The notes under the pieces are model-generated. The model made no database searches. It saw only the letters and a program-made list of their open reading frames with translations, and was not told the origin of the DNA. Shown in pieces: positions 34,283 through 37,842 of a stretch of DNA of 37,842 nucleotides. This DNA comes from Catajapyx aquilonaris (lineage: Eukaryota), in the NCBI GenBank assembly GCA_000934665.2, contig JYFJ02003766.1, positions 1 through 37,842 on the forward strand, written 5' to 3'. The translations under genes were made by a program, and so were the position numbers. Each line of letters opens with the position of its first letter. Within the stretch, counting starts at the first letter, position 1.

Positions 34283-35842
34283 GGGGAGACCGGGGCACAG
34301 TAGTCCTCATGTCTTCATCTGGTACCTTGTGAAACAGGTGACTATTGTGCTTCATGCCAACATGACAGCCACCTGTGACACCTGTGAGATGCCTGCCTGC
34401 TATCCTGCTGTATCAGGAAAAATCTATTTGAAGGGTAGTGATGTAACTTCTAACCCACAGTTTAAATGCCATATCAGGTGTAGATGCTGGGCCTGATGTA
34501 AAAATGTTGTTGAATAGTGCCATCCTTTGTGCATAAATGCTGGAAATTTGGAAAGCGTCATTTGCAATGGAAGCTACGATTCATAACATCATGTCAGTTG
34601 CTGCCCTCTGGGGCACAGTGGTCCATGGACCAGTGAGCACCTTTTTGTGGACGACCCTTTTGCCTCTGTACAGCACTTTATGTCATCGTAGTTTTATATA
34701 CAGGGTGGGGCAAAAGTCATGGGCTGGTGTAAGCGACGTAGCATGGCATAAGTAACGAATGATTATATATTTTTTAAATTGCACTACACAGAGAAAGATA
34801 TGCCATTTATGGATCAAGGTCCAAATAAGTCACTCTTGAAAACAACACCAGATAGATGTCCACCTTTGCGGGAGACACATATTCCTCCAATCGCCGGACG
34901 AAACCCTTCATAATGCGCTCCAGCATGTCCAGGGAAATGTTTCTCAATGAGTGTCTTATCTGATCCTTAAGATCAGCCAATGACTGAGGATGTGTGGTGA
35001 ACACCAAACTCTTCAGGTACCCCCGCAAGAAGAAGTCGGGGGTGGTCAAATCCGGCGACCGCGACGGCCAAGGAATGTCCCCAAATCTCGAAATGACCCT
35101 CCCAGGAAACACTTGACTTTTAATTTGTTCAGTGTTCAATCATTGGCTGATCTTAAGGATCAGATAAGACACGCCGTGAGAAACATTTCCCTGGACATGC
35201 TGGAGCGCGTTATGAAGGGTTTCGTCCGGCGTTTGGAGGAATATGTGTTGCCCGCAAAGGTGGACATCTATCCGGTGTTGCTTTCAAGAAGTGACTTTTT
35301 TAGACCTTGATCCATAAATGGCGTATCTTTCTCTGTGTAGTGCATTTAAAAAAATATATAATTGTTCATTACTTACGCCATGCTGCGTCGTTTAAACCAG
35401 CCCATGACTTTTGCCCCACCCTGTACTAATGGTTTTGACAGACACTAGTATGAAATAAAGTTCATTCGCCAAAGGATGTGGCAGGACAAGGTCAACTTTC
35501 TGGAGAGAGCCAATGTTTCACTTATGTCCGCAGGTTGCAGTAACAGCAGTCCCATTTATTTATTTCCTGTTTATTTAGAGGGGTTAGATGTAGGATAAAC
35601 AATAAAATACACTTCTTGTGTGAATTCGGGGTCCCAATCACTTCCGGACCACTGTGCCCGGACAGTTTCTAAAATTTAGTTAACCCAAAGGGATGGCACT
35701 ACCTGTGAATATACAGTATTAGTCACTTATATTACCAAAGAGTACCTCCACCATGCCGAAAAATATTGGGTGTGTAGGTATAACAGGAGCTCTTATAAAA
35801 ATTCAAATGTTCAAAAGTGGACCACTGTGGCCCGGTCTCCCC
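34283..35842. mobile_element. pogo-like non-autonomous element with a nested foldback
   Basis: TA|GGGGAGACCGGGGCACAGT ... ACTGTGGCCCGGTCTCCCC|TA. Confidence 0.75.
34701..35423. mobile_element. Tc1/mariner foldback made of two transposase 3' ends
   Basis: TA|CAGGGTGGGGCAAAAGTCATGGG termini; ~285-bp arms both encode SLADLKDQIRH..RNISLDMLER; the minus strand encodes WPSRSPDLTTPDFFLRGYLKSLVF. Confidence 0.92.
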
Positions 35843-36187
35843 TACATTTCTATTTTATTGAATATCATATTAGTGAACAATATGCGACTTAAAAATTGGA
35901 CATCATCTACCATTGTCATACAAATTACAATAAAAATTCTGGCAGCTTCCTAGCGCCTGCCAACACCACAATGACCACACCCTTTCATATCTAACAGGTC
36001 TACTCTGACCCTCCCTTAACCCAGATATGCCGAGTGTGCCCTATAGGGGACACCTGCACAGTTGTTACATTTTAATTTTTTGCACAGGTTCTTCTGTGGC
36101 TAAAGAGCTGGCAGTAGTCACGGGGGCTTCTGGAGAGTCCCAGCTAACGATACAAGTTCAAACCTGCTCAATATTGCTGCAGATTTT

Positions 36188-36575
36188 TAAGATACAGGTG
36201 TTTGAATTTTAACGCCGGAAATAATGGCTGCACCTCCACATTCCGAAGACGATTAGTAATTAATTCTCGAATGTTGATTAGCATTATGAGTCTTTTTTTT
36301 TTTTGTAATACTTAGAAAAATTATGAATGATGATGGCGATGTAGAAATATAGGCATATTTTTTACTTTCCTTCTCTGAGGGTGTCGTTGAAATCGGGTGT
36401 CCCCTATGAGGGACACTCGGCAAATGCACCACATGTGGACCGGCAAGTCAAGTACCGGTACTCTAGGCTACTGTATGTGTGCAGATTTTGTGCGTTTTGT
36501 CGAACTGAATTTTTATGAATCCCTCTTTTTCAAACGAGGGTTACCTGGCAACCATCGTAGCTATGGTAACCCACT
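36188..36575 (+). repeat. Dispersed repeat, copy 2 (copy 1 at 13183-13545)
   Basis: Direct similarity to 13183-13545. Confidence 0.8.
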
Positions 36576-36623
36576 GCCATGTACAATCAAACATACATGC
36601 ACACAAACTTTCGCTTTTGGATA

Positions 36624-37526
36624 CAGTGAAACCTGTGTATAGCAGAATAGCACGGTGCCCTAAAAATCGTAATTGGCAAGTTTCCGCTGAAAATGACGAT
36701 TTTCCTAGTCATCAGCACCAAACGGGTAAGATTGGAAGTGAACGCTGCAACGCCGCAAAGCATTGTGGGCAGAGGTGGTAGAGAGTGGGGGGAGAAAAAA
36801 AAGTGGTGCTGTTTTTGCGGATCGCGCGCGAACCATTTAACGATGTCGGATATAATATAAGGCCTAGTACGGTATATCAGCCGTTTCCGCTATATTCGAC
36901 ACAGTATTTATGTCCTATGCATACGCCCGTTCCCGAAAAAATTCCGCAGTGGACAAGTTTTTGTAACACTCAGGGTAGGCTACGTTATGGACAGGTTTCA
37001 CTACATATTTATCTAAAGTGAATCCTGTCCATAACGGACCCTGAACATAACGGAAACTTGCCTATTGCGGAATTTTTCTAGTAACGGGCGTATGGAGAGT
37101 ACACGATTTCCGCGTCAAATATAGCGGAAACTTGCTCATTACGGAAAATTTTATCATCCCGTGCATTTCCGCCATGCGCAGATTTCACTGATATAGCTAG
37201 ATGGGAAGTAAAACCTGTCCATAAGGGACCTTGTATATAACGGAAACTTGTTCATTGCGGAATATTCGAGTCCCGTGCATTTCCGCTATGCACAGGTTTC
37301 ACTGAATATAGCTAGATGGGAAGTAAAACGTGTCCACAACGGACCCTGTGGATAACAAAAACTTGCCTATTGCGGATTTTTTCTGGTGACTGGCGTATGG
37401 AATGTGTACCATTTCCGTGTCGAATATAGCGGAAATTGTGTAATTTTCATACGCCAGTTACCAGAAAAATTTCGCAATAGGCAAGTTTCCATTATACACA
37501 GGGTCCGTTGTGGACAGGTTTCACTG
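36624..37526. mobile_element. Cluster of four CAGTGAAACCTG-family MITE units
   Basis: Repeated termini, with junction ATATAGCTAGATGGGAAGTAAAAC occurring twice; the last unit is a foldback. Confidence 0.8.
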
Positions 37527-37750
37527 TATATTTATATACAGCGAAACCTGTACATATCTGAATAGCACGTGACTCTAAAATTCTGCAATGAACACGTTTC
37601 CGTTATACCCTCCTGAGACCAGAGAAGCCATTTGTGCAATTATTTAGTAATACTTTGGAAGAACCCTCTGTAGTGGAGGTGTAGAAGCCATTTTTCAGAA
37701 TTTCATATTTTTGTTGCAATCACTTATTGCAAAATTAGATGTCCTATATA

Positions 37751-37842
37751 CAGGGTGTAACAAGACCCAATGCATAAATTTTAAAGGTGGGTAGGGGACC
37801 CCAAAACAAACATTTTTGACCAATGAACCCACCCTCTAAAAA
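37751..37842. mobile_element. Left end of a Tc1/mariner-type element, cut by the window edge
   Basis: TA|CAGGGTGTAAC terminus. Confidence 0.55.

Noticed and set aside
37017..37526. Repeat-spacer-like pattern suggesting CRISPR
   Set aside because: Eukaryotic context, irregular unit lengths, units are MITE copies, and there are no cas genes.

Overview
Eukaryotic, most likely arthropod, genomic DNA that is dense in transposable elements. It contains two spliced protein-coding genes that the ORF track misses. (1) A complete minus-strand RPL28 gene (4 coding exons, 137 aa, 28142->21974), whose last intron hosts a U24/SNORD24-like C/D snoRNA. (2) A convergent plus-strand gene (coding exons ~4982-5073, 9151-9446, 16165-16304; ~175 aa) with an acidic N-terminus and a C-terminal SOCS box, but no recognisable substrate-binding domain. 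The rest is mostly non-autonomous DNA transposons and foldback MITEs, often nested, with termini/TSDs typical of Tc1/mariner/pogo, PIF-Harbinger, hAT, P-like, piggyBac, Kolobok and Sola. There are also three tRNA-derived SINEs and a 3'-truncated LINE. Highlights are a TTAA-flanked Kolobok-type element carrying a THAP domain broken by one TGG->TAG change just upstream of RPL28, two foldbacks built from inverted transposase 3' ends, and a possible second TOP-like promoter with an orphan C/D snoRNA candidate. All calls are from reading the sequence by eye; no searches were run.
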